NCBI GenBank assembly: GCA_963779195.1
Contig: CAVZWZ010000008.1
Location: 431,289 to 495,288, forward strand
Reading direction: 5' to 3'
Origin: an uncultured Alphaproteobacteria bacterium
GTDB taxonomy: Bacteria; Pseudomonadota; Alphaproteobacteria; Sphingomonadales; Sphingomonadaceae
Length of the DNA: 64,000 nucleotides
The notes beneath the pieces were generated by a model. It was not told the origin of the DNA, did no database searches, and worked only from the letters and a program-made list of their open reading frames with translations. This document shows, in pieces, positions 10,399-19,464 of the stretch; positions within the stretch are counted from its first letter, which is position 1, and the number at the start of each line of letters is the position of its first letter. The position numbers and the translations under genes are program-made.

Positions 10399-10668
10399 AT
10401 GCCGATTATCTCGATTTTCTTCGGCATCGTGATCCGGATGTATCACGACGAGCATCCGCCGCCCCATTTCCATGCCACCTATCAGGGCCAATCGGCATTT
10501 GTCCGAATTTCCGATGGCAGGATTGTTGCCGGTTCGCTGCCGAAGAAGGCTGAAAGGCTGGTGCGGCAATGGGCGCTGGACCACGGGCAAGAACTTATGG
10601 CAAATTGGCAACGCGGCATCGATATGCTGCCGATGCAGCTGATTCCGGGAGCCGATAGCGATGATTAG
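10399..10668 (+). CDS. DUF4160 family protein (putative type II toxin)
   Basis: MPIISIFFGIVIRMYHDEHPPPHFHATY...LVRQWALDHGQELMANW. Confidence 0.9.
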   Translation: MPIISIFFGIVIRMYHDEHPPPHFHATYQGQSAFVRISDGRIVAGSLPKKAERLVRQWALDHGQELMANWQRGIDMLPMQLIPGADSDD

Positions 10669-10927
10669 TCTCGTCAGCCTGGCCGTCGAAGGGCCAAGCG
10701 AACTTCTGTTGACATTTTCCGACGAGAGCTTCGGTACCTGGTCTGCGGCGGAAGTCATTGCACGCGACACGATCTTGACCCGTCCGCTGGCCGAGCCGGA
10801 ATACTTTGCGCGCGCATTTATCGAGGGTGGTGAAGGCCTCGCCTGGCCCAACGGGCTGGAGTTTTCGGCTGCGGCGCTGCATCGCAAACTGGATGAAGCC
10901 GGTCGGCTGGTTCTGCGGGCGGCGTAA
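10661..10927 (+). CDS. DUF2442 family protein (putative antitoxin)
   Basis: LLLTFSD...PLAEPEYFARAFIEGGEGLAWPNGLEF; overlaps the DUF4160 gene. Confidence 0.85.
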   Translation: MISLVSLAVEGPSELLLTFSDESFGTWSAAEVIARDTILTRPLAEPEYFARAFIEGGEGLAWPNGLEFSAAALHRKLDEAGRLVLRAA

Positions 10928-10935
10928 CCAAGCGC

Positions 10936-10995
10936 GACCGCATGCTGGAGATGGCGGCGGGGACTGTCGGCAAGGGGGATTTGGGGGGGCGGTGA
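10936..10995 (+). repeat. diverged duplicate of the nadA 3' end
   Basis: Encodes DRMLEMAAGTVGKGDLGGR*; 48/51 nt identical to 10333-10383, with all 3 differences synonymous. Confidence 0.93.
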
Positions 10996-11008
10996 AAGGA
11001 GACGGTTG

Positions 11009-11650
11009 ATGTCATTCATGATCAACGCAGCAGATTTGGCCCGTGAACGTGGAATTGATCCGAAGCGGTTTCGCGCCAAATTACGGCAGAGCGGGTTGTC
11101 ATGGCATGATCACAATGATCGCTGGACTGTGGAGCACGGTAGTGATCGTCACCATGCAATCATGGCGGTTCTGGAAGGACTCACAAAAGGCGGCGCAATT
11201 TCTGTCAGAGAGACCGCAATTCCTGCACGCCAAGCCCAAGTAACAACTCGCGACACAAGTGACGAATGTTATATTATTGATTTATGTGATTCCTTGCTCG
11301 AGCAGTCCGCGCATCGACAACATCGCTTCGAATTCTTGAGAGGTGACTCTGGCAGAGAATTGCCGGTTGATGCCTGGTATCCGGAATTGGAAATTGTCAT
11401 CGAATATCGCGAACGACAACATTCAGAGACCGTTGCCTTTTTCGACAGGAGACAGACTGTATCGGGCGTTGGGCGCGGAGAGCAGCGGCGCATTTACGAC
11501 CAGCGCCGTCGCGAGATTCTGCCCAAGCATTCTATCACACTTGTGGAGCTCGATTTTTCTGAGTTTCCTCACAAGTCCAACCGACGTCTAATCCGAACGA
11601 CGGATGACAAAGAGATCATTGCCAAGCGATTGGCGGCGTTCCTTAAATAG
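11009..11650 (+). CDS. lower-GC hypothetical protein: N-terminal HTH-like region + PD-(D/E)XK/Vsr-like nuclease domain
   Basis: AADLARERGIDPKRFRAKLR; RQHRFEFLRG...LPVDAWYPELEIVIEYRERQH...YDQRRR; AAGGAG RBS. Confidence 0.6.
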   Translation: MSFMINAADLARERGIDPKRFRAKLRQSGLSWHDHNDRWTVEHGSDRHHAIMAVLEGLTKGGAISVRETAIPARQAQVTTRDTSDECYIIDLCDSLLEQSAHRQHRFEFLRGDSGRELPVDAWYPELEIVIEYRERQHSETVAFFDRRQTVSGVGRGEQRRIYDQRRREILPKHSITLVELDFSEFPHKSNRRLIRTTDDKEIIAKRLAAFLK

Positions 11651-12030
11651 CCTCAAAACTCACCCGCAACCTCGTCCCCGTCGCCTTCGCCAGCTTCGCC
11701 AGCGTCGTCGTCGAAGGCCGCGACTTGCCGCCTTCGAGCCGAGCGATCGCGCTCGGGGCGGTGCCCATACCTCACCCCTTCCCCGTCTACCCTGAGCTTG
11801 TCGAAGGGCTGTCCTTCTGCTTGACGCCGGGCGCGGCCGCACGAAGATAAAGTGCAGCCCTTCGACAAGCTCAGGGTAGACGGGGAAGGGCGTGGTTCCG
11901 GTCACTTGCAGGTGGCCCCGCACGCGCCTCGATCAGCGCGGTGGCGAGCGCGAATTCCTCCTCCAACGCCTCGTATTCGCGCACGAACGCCGGATTCTTG
12001 AACCACTCGTCGTTGAGCTTCGAAAGGCAG
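11643..12030 (-). pseudogene. XRE-family HTH antitoxin split by a palindromic element
   Basis: N-half LSKLNDEWFKNPAFVREYEALEEEFALATALIEARA (~12027-11920); C-half MGTAPSAIARLEGGKSRPSTTTLAKLAKATGTRLRVSFEAI* (11768-11643); helix 2 is missing where the repeat sits. Confidence 0.8.
11776..11890. repeat. palindromic REP/MITE-like element with a perfect 36-bp inverted repeat
   Basis: CCCTTCCCCGTCTACCCTGAGCTTGTCGAAGGGCTG (11776-11811) and its exact reverse complement (11855-11890). Confidence 0.95.
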
Positions 12031-12045
12031 ATGAATGAGTTCCTG

Positions 12046-12336
12046 TCACCCCGCCACCGCCCGCGCCGCCATCTCCGGTTCCGCAGCGATCACCTTGAGG
12101 TAAGCCCGCACCGCAGGCGGCGGCATGTGCCTGCCAATTTCGTATTGGCGGATATTCGCCGCCGGGATACCGAAAGCGCTGGCGAACTCCTGCTGGCTCA
12201 TTCCCAGCCGGTTGCGCAATTTGCGGATACGGCGGCCCATCAGGCCACGTTCGAGCGCGGCGACGGTTACGTCGCGGTCTTCGGAATCATTGGGGTCAGC
12301 CGGGATAGCGATCGTAGTCTCTTTGTTCACTTGCAT
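12046..12336 (-). CDS. XRE-type HTH antitoxin paired with BrnT
   Basis: IRKLRNRLGMSQQEFASAFGIPAANIRQYEIGRHMP; overlaps the toxin 3' end; start at 12336 or 12330. Confidence 0.85.
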   Translation of the reverse strand: MQVNKETTIAIPADPNDSEDRDVTVAALERGLMGRRIRKLRNRLGMSQQEFASAFGIPAANIRQYEIGRHMPPPAVRAYLKVIAAEPEMAARAVAG

Positions 12337-12571
12337 TGCTCCTACGGACGGAGATGAAACGGACAACATCGTCTCGCCAGACATGGATGGCGGTGTGAAG
12401 TTTGCCATCGACCATGCCGATTACCTTGAGCCGTTCCTCTTCATCGCCGAGGCGCACGGTCGGAACAATTACGTGATCCGGATCGTCAAAAACCCGCCTT
12501 CCGAAAGCCAGCCGCAGTCCGTGCTTGAAGCGGTTGGCCTCATCCTTGGCCGGATCCCATTCGAACTCCAT
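12296..12571 (-). CDS. BrnT family toxin (DUF497)
   Basis: MEFEWDPAKDEANRFKHGL...EERLKVIG...RFISVRRSN. Confidence 0.92.
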   Translation of the reverse strand: MEFEWDPAKDEANRFKHGLRLAFGRRVFDDPDHVIVPTVRLGDEEERLKVIGMVDGKLHTAIHVWRDDVVRFISVRRSNASEQRDYDRYPG

Positions 12572-12763
12572 GCCGTTTCATAAGTGATTCACACATAACA
12601 CGCAATTCGAGACAGGTCGAGAACGGATCGATTCGCCGCCAATCCCACCCCCCATTAGCCCGATCTTAAGCACCCTTTTTTCATACTCCCCCCGTAAAAT
12701 CCGCCCCATCGACCAAACGCGCTGCAAGGGGCGCAGGCGGACCAAGCACAGGGATCGCAGACA

Positions 12764-13693
12764 ATGACCTACCGCTCATGGCTGTTCGTGCCGGGCCACA
12801 GCGAGACCAAGCTGGCGAAAGCCAATGCCACTGGCGCGGATGTCGTGGTGGTCGATCTCGACGCCTCGGTGCCCTCCGACGCCAAGGCGCAGGCGCGGCA
12901 GATGGGGGCCGAGTGGCTCACGCTCCACCGCAGGCAGGTGACCGAACAGGCCGGCCGCGCGCGCTGGGTGCGGATCAACAGTCTCGACAGCCGCCAGTGG
13001 CGCGAGGATCTGGTCGCGGTGCTGCCGGGCGCGCCCGAGGGCATCGTCCTGCCTTGCTCGGCGGGACCGGAGGCAGTGCGGCAGCTGGGCGCGGAGCTTT
13101 ACGAGCTCGAAGGGGCGAGCCAGGTCCAGCCGGGTTCGACCAGAATTCTGGCGCTCGCCGGTGAAACCGCGCAGTCGGCCATGGCGATCGGGAGCTATAT
13201 CGACGCGTCGCTGCCGCGCCTTGCCGGGCTCGGCTGGGGGGCGGAGCGGCTGGCGCAGGCCTTGGGCGCAACCCGCATGCGCGATGCCAAAGGGGCGCGG
13301 GGCGACGCCTTCCGCTTCGTGCGGGCGCAGACCCTGATCACCGCGCATGCCTGCGGCGCGATGGCGCTGGAGACGCTCGATGCCGCGCACACCGACGCCA
13401 AGGCGATCAAGGCTGCGGCGAGAGATGCCTGCGCCGACGGCTTCACCGGCATGTTCGCGCATCATCCGGCGCAAATCGCCGAGATCAACGCCGCCTTCAC
13501 CCCCAGCGAGGCGGAGCTTGAAGAGGCGCGCCGGATCGTCGCCGCGTTCGAGGGCGGGGCGGATGCCGGCGAACCGGCGTTCGACCGCAGCCCGATCGAT
13601 CACCCGCAATTGAAGCTGGCGAAGCAGATGCTGGGCCTGGCCGGAACGCCCGGCCAGGCTTCCCGGCCCGCGCCTATTCTTCGCCCGGCCTAG
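12764..13693 (+). CDS. CitE/HpcH-like CoA ester lyase family protein (divergent)
   Basis: RSWLFVPG, ADVVVVDLDASV, WVRIN, ADGFTGMFAHHPAQIAEINAAFTPS. Confidence 0.85.
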   Translation: MTYRSWLFVPGHSETKLAKANATGADVVVVDLDASVPSDAKAQARQMGAEWLTLHRRQVTEQAGRARWVRINSLDSRQWREDLVAVLPGAPEGIVLPCSAGPEAVRQLGAELYELEGASQVQPGSTRILALAGETAQSAMAIGSYIDASLPRLAGLGWGAERLAQALGATRMRDAKGARGDAFRFVRAQTLITAHACGAMALETLDAAHTDAKAIKAAARDACADGFTGMFAHHPAQIAEINAAFTPSEAELEEARRIVAAFEGGADAGEPAFDRSPIDHPQLKLAKQMLGLAGTPGQASRPAPILRPA

Positions 13694-14027
13694 GCTCCGA
13701 AGGCGCTTCCGCCGGCGGCTTGGGCGGCACGGCCTTGGCGGCGGGCCTGCCAGACGAACCCGGCTTGTCCGCTGGCTTGCCACCGGCCTTGCCGCTGGGC
13801 TTGCCGCCGGAACCGCCCTCGCGGTTGGCATCACCGGAATCGGACATTGGCGCCAGCGGCGGCTGCGAGCGCACCGTATCGACCGGCAGCATCGCATCGC
13901 TGACCGAACCGGGCAGCACCTCGCCGCCCGCCGTGCCCGCTGCGGCGGGCGGCTTTTCGCTGTTGCAAGCAGAAATCGCCAGCGTCAGCGCCAGCAGGGC
14001 CATGCGGTAGTCAAGTTTCACAGACAT
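13674..14027 (-). CDS. low-complexity putative lipoprotein
   Basis: Lipobox ALTLAISAC followed by [14 protein letters not shown]; start at 14027 or 14021. Confidence 0.7.
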   Translation of the reverse strand: MSVKLDYRMALLALTLAISACNSEKPPAAAGTAGGEVLPGSVSDAMLPVDTVRSQPPLAPMSDSGDANREGGSGGKPSGKAGGKPADKPGSSGRPAAKAVPPKPPAEAPSEPRPGEE

Positions 14028-14685
14028 TCTCCGCTGCGCAGGGCCGGTCGAGCGCGGCGAGGAAATCGCCTGCGCGCGCCAGCAGTATGCGATCCCACTG
14101 CGATGAATCAACCTCCAGCCCCAGCCTGGCGAGGCTGGTGACGCCATATTCGCCGATCCCGCAGGGCACGATGCCGGAAAAATGAGAAAGGTCGGGCGAC
14201 AGATTGACCGCAAACCCATGCATCGTCACCCAGCGGCGGATGCGCACGCCGATCGCGCCGATCTTGGCCTCGCGCCCGTCCACGTCCTGGGTCCAGATGC
14301 CGATCCGCCCCTCGCGCCGGAAGCTCTCGACCCCGAGATCGCCCAGCGCGGCGATCACCCAGCCTTCCAGCGCGTGGACATAGCCGCGCACGTCGCGCGC
14401 GCGGTTTCTCAGGTCGATCAGCACATAGCCGACCCGCTGGCCCGGACCATGATAGGTATAGCGCCCGCCGCGCCCCGCCGCGACCACCTCGAAGCGCGGG
14501 TCGAGCAGCTCGGCAGCCGCTGCGCTGGTGCCGCCGGTATAGACGGGTTCGTGCTCCAGCAGCCAGATCAGCTCGCGTCCCGTGCCAGCGGCGATCGCGG
14601 CGTTGCGCCGGTCCATCTCGCCCAGCGCCTGGCGATAGGGCACCGGGGCGCTGTCGCTGCGCAATTCGATGTTGCTGGGTAGCAT
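14011..14685 (-). CDS. lipB: octanoyltransferase
   Basis: [48 protein letters not shown]. Confidence 0.97.
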   Translation of the reverse strand: MLPSNIELRSDSAPVPYRQALGEMDRRNAAIAAGTGRELIWLLEHEPVYTGGTSAAAAELLDPRFEVVAAGRGGRYTYHGPGQRVGYVLIDLRNRARDVRGYVHALEGWVIAALGDLGVESFRREGRIGIWTQDVDGREAKIGAIGVRIRRWVTMHGFAVNLSPDLSHFSGIVPCGIGEYGVTSLARLGLEVDSSQWDRILLARAGDFLAALDRPCAAENVCET

Positions 14686-14759
14686 ATCGGCCATGCAACA
14701 TTGCGTGGCGGCAATCGCTGTGGTTATCAAGCGGGATTGCCGGGCAGGAGAAGGTCGCC

Positions 14760-15599
14760 ATGAAATTCGACAGCAATCGCGCCTGGCAGGAAGCCCTGGC
14801 GTCCGTCTCCGCCAATCGCGTCGTGCTGATCCCGCTGGCCGGGGTCTTCTTCCTGCTGCCGGGTCTGGCCTCGGCGCTGTTCCTCTCCGATGTGCAGGAA
14901 AGCATGCTCGCCAATCTCGGCAATCAGGCCGCGACCGAGCAGCTGATGCAGGGCGCGCTGGGCAGGATCATGTCGATCGGGCTGATTTCCTTCGTTCTGC
15001 AGATTATCGGCTACATGGCGCTGCTGGCCCTGCTGACCGACCGGGGACGGCCGACTGTCGGCGAGGCGCTGATGATTGCGCTTAAGGCTTTGCCGACGCT
15101 GATTGGCACGGTGCTGCTGTTCTTCGTCGCCTATCTGCTGTCGATTGTCGTGTTCGGAATGTTTGCCGCAGCGCTCGGTGCGGTGTCGGGCCTCGGTGCA
15201 ATAGTGGTTGCGCTGTTCCTGCTGTTTTTTGCCGCCATAGTCTACTCGATGGTCAAGCTGTCGCTGACCCTGCCGGTGATCGTCATCGACAAGGAGCTCA
15301 ACCCGGTTGCCGCCCTGCTGCGTTCCTGGCGGCTGACCAAGGGCAACAGTCTGCGGCTGTTCGGCTTCTACCTGCTGCTGTTCGTGATCTATTTCGTGAT
15401 CATCTTGCTGGTCGGCGGACTCGTCATGACCGTGGCGACCCTGGCGGCGGGCAAGGGCGTGATTTCCCTGCTGATCGGCGGATTGGTTTCGGGAGCGATC
15501 GGCGCGGTCGCCAGCGTGCTGCTCACCGCGATCCTCGCCTCGGTCCACCGCCAGCTGGCCGGACCCTCCGCCGAAGCGCTGGGCGCTACTTTCGAATAG
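14760..15599 (+). CDS. integral membrane protein (YciC/GDPD membrane-domain-like)
   Basis: About 6 hydrophobic segments; [16 protein letters not shown] motif. Confidence 0.75.
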   Translation: MKFDSNRAWQEALASVSANRVVLIPLAGVFFLLPGLASALFLSDVQESMLANLGNQAATEQLMQGALGRIMSIGLISFVLQIIGYMALLALLTDRGRPTVGEALMIALKALPTLIGTVLLFFVAYLLSIVVFGMFAAALGAVSGLGAIVVALFLLFFAAIVYSMVKLSLTLPVIVIDKELNPVAALLRSWRLTKGNSLRLFGFYLLLFVIYFVIILLVGGLVMTVATLAAGKGVISLLIGGLVSGAIGAVASVLLTAILASVHRQLAGPSAEALGATFE

Positions 15600-15605
15600 G
15601 CCGGT

Positions 15606-16247
15606 TCAGCCTTCCGCCGGCTCGTCCTTCCAGCCCCAATAGAGGTGGCAGGGCAGGACGTTCAGCCATTCGAAGCCCTTGTCGATGCGCTGGAAGTGCC
15701 GCGCCATGAAATCGCGGGCGCGGGCGGTGAACTGATAGACCAGGAAGGCGCCGCCGGGCCGCAGCACGCGGTGGGTCGCCTCTGCGATCGCCGGGCCGAC
15801 ACCCTCGGGCAGAGTGGTGAAGGGCAGGCCGGAGAGCACGTAATCGGCATGGTCATGGCCGTTGGCGCGGACGATCTCCCCGACATCGGCGGCCGAGCCG
15901 AGCACTGCGGTGAAGCGGCTGTCGCGGATCGTCGCGCGCAGATAATCGATGAACTGCGGATTGGTGTCGATGACGATCAGCTCGCCGTCGCGCCGCAGCC
16001 GGTCGAGCACCGGGCGGCAGAAGGTGCCGACGCCGGGGCCATATTCGACGAACAGCCGGCACTCGTCCCAGTTTACCGGGGCCAGCATCTTGGCGATGGT
16101 ATAGCGCGATGAGGGGATGATCGAGCCGACCATCACCGGGTGACGGACAAAGCCCTCGAAAAACACGCCCCAGGGGCCAAGCGCATGCTTGATCCGGCGC
16201 TTGATCTTTTGCGGCAACGCCTCGCGGGCAAGCTGGGTGCTGGTCAT
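15606..16247 (-). CDS. class I SAM methyltransferase, phospholipid N-methyltransferase (PmtA-like)
   Basis: VGSIIPSS, VEYGPGVG, VLSGLPF, LRPGGAFLVYQF. Confidence 0.85.
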   Translation of the reverse strand: MTSTQLAREALPQKIKRRIKHALGPWGVFFEGFVRHPVMVGSIIPSSRYTIAKMLAPVNWDECRLFVEYGPGVGTFCRPVLDRLRRDGELIVIDTNPQFIDYLRATIRDSRFTAVLGSAADVGEIVRANGHDHADYVLSGLPFTTLPEGVGPAIAEATHRVLRPGGAFLVYQFTARARDFMARHFQRIDKGFEWLNVLPCHLYWGWKDEPAEG

Positions 16248-16373
16248 GCTGGGAGGCGGCCTCGAATTTTCCGGGAGATGAAAGGTCGGGCGACCCGGTT
16301 TGCAAATTTGGCGCGGATTGGCAAGCACTGTTAGCCGCGCACGGCGATGCCGGCTCCGGATCGACCAGCCTTG

Positions 16374-16718
16374 CTAGAGAATCTCGAGCACTTTCTCCTG
16401 CGGCCGGCACAGCCGCACACCCTTGCCGGTCTCGACCAGAGGCCGCTCGATCAGCCGCGAATCCGCAGCCATCGCGGCGAGGACGGTGGCGGCATCGGCG
16501 GACGGCAAGCCGCGCTCCTCGGCATCGGTGCCGCGCAGGCGCAGTCCCTGCTGCGGAGTAATTCCGGCGTCGCGGTAAAGCTGCGCGAGCTTGCCGGCGG
16601 TTGGCGGGTGCTTGAGATACTCGATCGCGGTCACCTCGACGCCGGGGGTTTCCTCGAGGATCGCCAGGGTCTTGCGCGAGGTGCCACAGGCCGGATTGTG
16701 CCAGATCGTCGCTTTCAT
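16374..16718 (-). CDS. ArsC/Spx family reductase
   Basis: HNPACGTSRK, IEYLK, LIERPLV...LCRP. Confidence 0.92.
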   Translation of the reverse strand: MKATIWHNPACGTSRKTLAILEETPGVEVTAIEYLKHPPTAGKLAQLYRDAGITPQQGLRLRGTDAEERGLPSADAATVLAAMAADSRLIERPLVETGKGVRLCRPQEKVLEIL

Positions 16719-16797
16719 TGCCGGTTGCTCCTGTCGCCGCACTGCCAAGGGTGAGGCCATAGCGGCAGGCAGAAATTCCTGCAATTTGATCCTTGTC

Positions 16798-16850
16798 AAT
16801 GCGACCGATTCGCATTAGCGGCCTAATCGTTATTGCAAATCATTCGCATG
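16798..16850 (+). promoter_or_regulatory. two tandem alphaproteobacterial Fur-type boxes
   Basis: AATGCGACCGATTCGCATT (16798-16816, TGCGA-N5-TCGCA palindrome) and ATTGCAAATCATTCGCATG (16832-16850), directly upstream of a siderophore receptor. Confidence 0.75.
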
Positions 16851-16862
16851 AGGGGCGCCCCT

Positions 16863-18965
16863 ATGACCGTTCGTTCCGCATTTCCGCGCAGCCTCCTGCT
16901 CGCCTGTTCCTTGGCCGCACTGTCGCAGCCCGCCCTCGCCGACGAAGCGGCGCCGGGGGACATTCTGGTGGTCGGCCAGGCGCAGGGTTACAAGGCGGAT
17001 AATTCGGTCACCGCCACCAAGACCGACACCCCGCTTCTGGATATCCCGCAGTCGATCTCGGTGGTCACCCGCGAGCGGCTCGACGATCAGGCGCAGCGCA
17101 GTATGGCCGAGGTGCTGCGCTATGTCCCCGGCGTCACCGTCGGCCAGGGCGAGGGCAACCGCGACCAGATCACCCTGCGCGGGCAGAACACCACCGCCGA
17201 CTTCTTCCTCGACGGGGTGCGCGACGACGTCCAGTATTTCCGCAGCCTCTACAACATCGAGCGGGTCGAGATCCTCAAGGGTCCGTTTGCCCTGATCTTC
17301 GGGCGCGGCGGCAGCGGCGGCATCATCAACCGGGTGCAGAAAGTGCCCAACGCCGACCGGTTCGCGGCGCAAGGCTCGGCCAGCGTCAACAGCTTCGGCG
17401 CCTGGGACGTGGCGGCGGATATCAACGCGCCGCTCGGCGGCAATGCCGCCTTCCGGCTCAACGCCTTTTACGAAGAGCTGGACAACCACCGCACCTTCTT
17501 CGGCGGCAAGCGCTATGCGATCAATCCCTATGTCGCGGTCGATCTCGGCCAGTGGAAGCTCGGCCTGTCCTACGAATACGTCAATGACGACCGGGTCACC
17601 GATCGCGGCGTGCCCTCGATCGCCACGGCCGCCGGCGAGCCCAACACCCCGCTGACCGGCTACGAGCGCACCTTCTTCGGCACCCCCGGCGTCAACCGCA
17701 CCGGCACCGAAGCGCACATCGTCAAGGCGCGGCTCGACGGCAAGCTGGCGGATCGCCTCGACTGGTCGACCACGCTGCTTTATGGCGACTACGACAAATA
17801 TTACGCCAACGTCTATGCCAACGGCCCGGCCTCCAGCCAGACCGGCACGGTTGCCCTGGCGAGCTATACCGATCCGACCAAACGGCAGAATTTCATCGCC
17901 CAGACCAATCTGGTGTGGGATGTCGATCTCGGCCCGGTCGGCAACAAGCTGCTGTTCGGCCTTGAATACGGCACGCAGGATTCGATCAACCAGCGCCGCA
18001 ACGGCACGCTGTCGAACGGCACGCTGAGCCTTGCCAGCATCGTTTATCCCACCGTCACCTTCGGCGGCCTGGCCCGCGATACGGTGTCCGACGTCACGTT
18101 CCTCTCGGTCTATGCGCAGGACCAGCTCAGCTTCGGCGAGCATCTCGATCTGGTGGTCGGGCTGCGCTTCGACCGGTTCGATATCAAGGGCACCGATCTG
18201 ATCGGCACGCCGCGCCCGTTCGCGCGGATCGACGAGAAAGTCAGCCCGAGGGTCGGCCTGATCCTGAAACCGCGCGAGGAGATGTCGATCTATGCCAGCT
18301 ACAGCCAGTCGTTCCTGCCGCGCTCGGGCGACCAGTTTCTGACGCTGGCCCCCGCCGGGGGCGGCCTGCCGGCCCAGCAAGACCTGGCGCCCGAGAAGTT
18401 CACCAATTACGAGGTGGGGGCAAAGTGGGATATCCGGCCCGACCTAAATATCAGGCTGGCTTTGTTCCAGCTTGACCGGACCAATGCGACGACCCCCAGT
18501 CCGGCGAACCCAGCAGTCAACATTGTCGCGGGCGAAACCCGCACCAAAGGCCTCGAACTGGCGCTGACCGGGCGGTTCATGCCGCACTGGCAGATCAGCG
18601 GCGGCTATACATACCAGGACGCCAAACTGCGCGGCAATGCCTTCGTGCGGCTGGCGCAAGTGCCCGAACACCAGTTCGCGCTGTGGAACCGCTACGATTT
18701 CTCCCGCCAGCTCGGCGCAGGCCTCGGCATCATCCACCAGTCGAGCCAGTTCGCCGCCAACCGCACTGCCGCCAACACCACCCGTCTGCCCGGCTTCACC
18801 CGGATCGACGCGGCGCTGTTCTTCCGCGCCAGCGACCGGCTGTCATTCCAGGTCAATGTCGAGAACCTGCTGGATGCACGCTATTTTTCCGACGCGCACA
18901 ACGCCAACAACATCTCCCCGGGCGCACCGCTGAACGCCCGCTTCTCGGCCAGCGTGAAATTCTGA
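16863..18965 (+). CDS. TonB-dependent siderophore receptor
   Basis: Signal peptide, ATKTDTPLLDIPQSISVV, ERVEILKGP...GGIINRVQK, C-terminal Phe. Confidence 0.95.
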   Translation: MTVRSAFPRSLLLACSLAALSQPALADEAAPGDILVVGQAQGYKADNSVTATKTDTPLLDIPQSISVVTRERLDDQAQRSMAEVLRYVPGVTVGQGEGNRDQITLRGQNTTADFFLDGVRDDVQYFRSLYNIERVEILKGPFALIFGRGGSGGIINRVQKVPNADRFAAQGSASVNSFGAWDVAADINAPLGGNAAFRLNAFYEELDNHRTFFGGKRYAINPYVAVDLGQWKLGLSYEYVNDDRVTDRGVPSIATAAGEPNTPLTGYERTFFGTPGVNRTGTEAHIVKARLDGKLADRLDWSTTLLYGDYDKYYANVYANGPASSQTGTVALASYTDPTKRQNFIAQTNLVWDVDLGPVGNKLLFGLEYGTQDSINQRRNGTLSNGTLSLASIVYPTVTFGGLARDTVSDVTFLSVYAQDQLSFGEHLDLVVGLRFDRFDIKGTDLIGTPRPFARIDEKVSPRVGLILKPREEMSIYASYSQSFLPRSGDQFLTLAPAGGGLPAQQDLAPEKFTNYEVGAKWDIRPDLNIRLALFQLDRTNATTPSPANPAVNIVAGETRTKGLELALTGRFMPHWQISGGYTYQDAKLRGNAFVRLAQVPEHQFALWNRYDFSRQLGAGLGIIHQSSQFAANRTAANTTRLPGFTRIDAALFFRASDRLSFQVNVENLLDARYFSDAHNANNISPGAPLNARFSASVKF

Positions 18966-18969
18966 GGCC

Positions 18970-19458
18970 TTACGGGGTCGCTGGCGCGCCGCCGATTGTC
19001 TCCAGCCCGCGCGCCACCCGCCCCGCGCGCTGGATGGCGCGGACCAGCCTGGGGTAGACCCCGCAGCGGCACAGGTTGGGGATCGCCGCCTCGATGTCGG
19101 CCTCGCTCGGATCGGCGTTGCGCGCCAGCAGCGCGGCGGCGGCGATGGCGATGCCTGGGGTGCAGAAGCCGCACTGGATCGCCTGCTCGGCCACCAGCGC
19201 CTGCTGCACCGGATGCGAGCGGTCCTGCGACAGCGCCTCGATCGTCGTGACCAAGCGCCCTTCGGCCTCGGCCAGCGACAGCATGCAGCTGCGCATCGCC
19301 TCGCCATCGACCAGCACCATGCAGGCGCCGCAATCGCCGGTGCCGCAGCCATATTTGGTGCCGGTCAGATTGGCGGCGTCGCGCAACGCCCACAGCAGCG
19401 GGGTCTGCGGGTCCATGCGGAAGTCGAGCGGGTGGTCGTTGACGGTGAGGCTTGGCAT
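18970..19458 (-). CDS. (2Fe-2S)-binding protein, CoxS/IorA-type small subunit
   Basis: GTKYGCGTGDCGACMV, QCGFCTPG, NLCRCGVY. Confidence 0.95.
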   Translation of the reverse strand: MPSLTVNDHPLDFRMDPQTPLLWALRDAANLTGTKYGCGTGDCGACMVLVDGEAMRSCMLSLAEAEGRLVTTIEALSQDRSHPVQQALVAEQAIQCGFCTPGIAIAAAALLARNADPSEADIEAAIPNLCRCGVYPRLVRAIQRAGRVARGLETIGGAPATP

Positions 19459-19464
19459 CCGCGT

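Noticed and set aside
12655-12669. CtrA box-like TTAG-N7-TTAA upstream of the CitE-like gene (and TTAA-N5-TTAA at 53451-53463)
   Set aside because: Mismatch or wrong spacing relative to TTAA-N7-TTAA; too weak alone.
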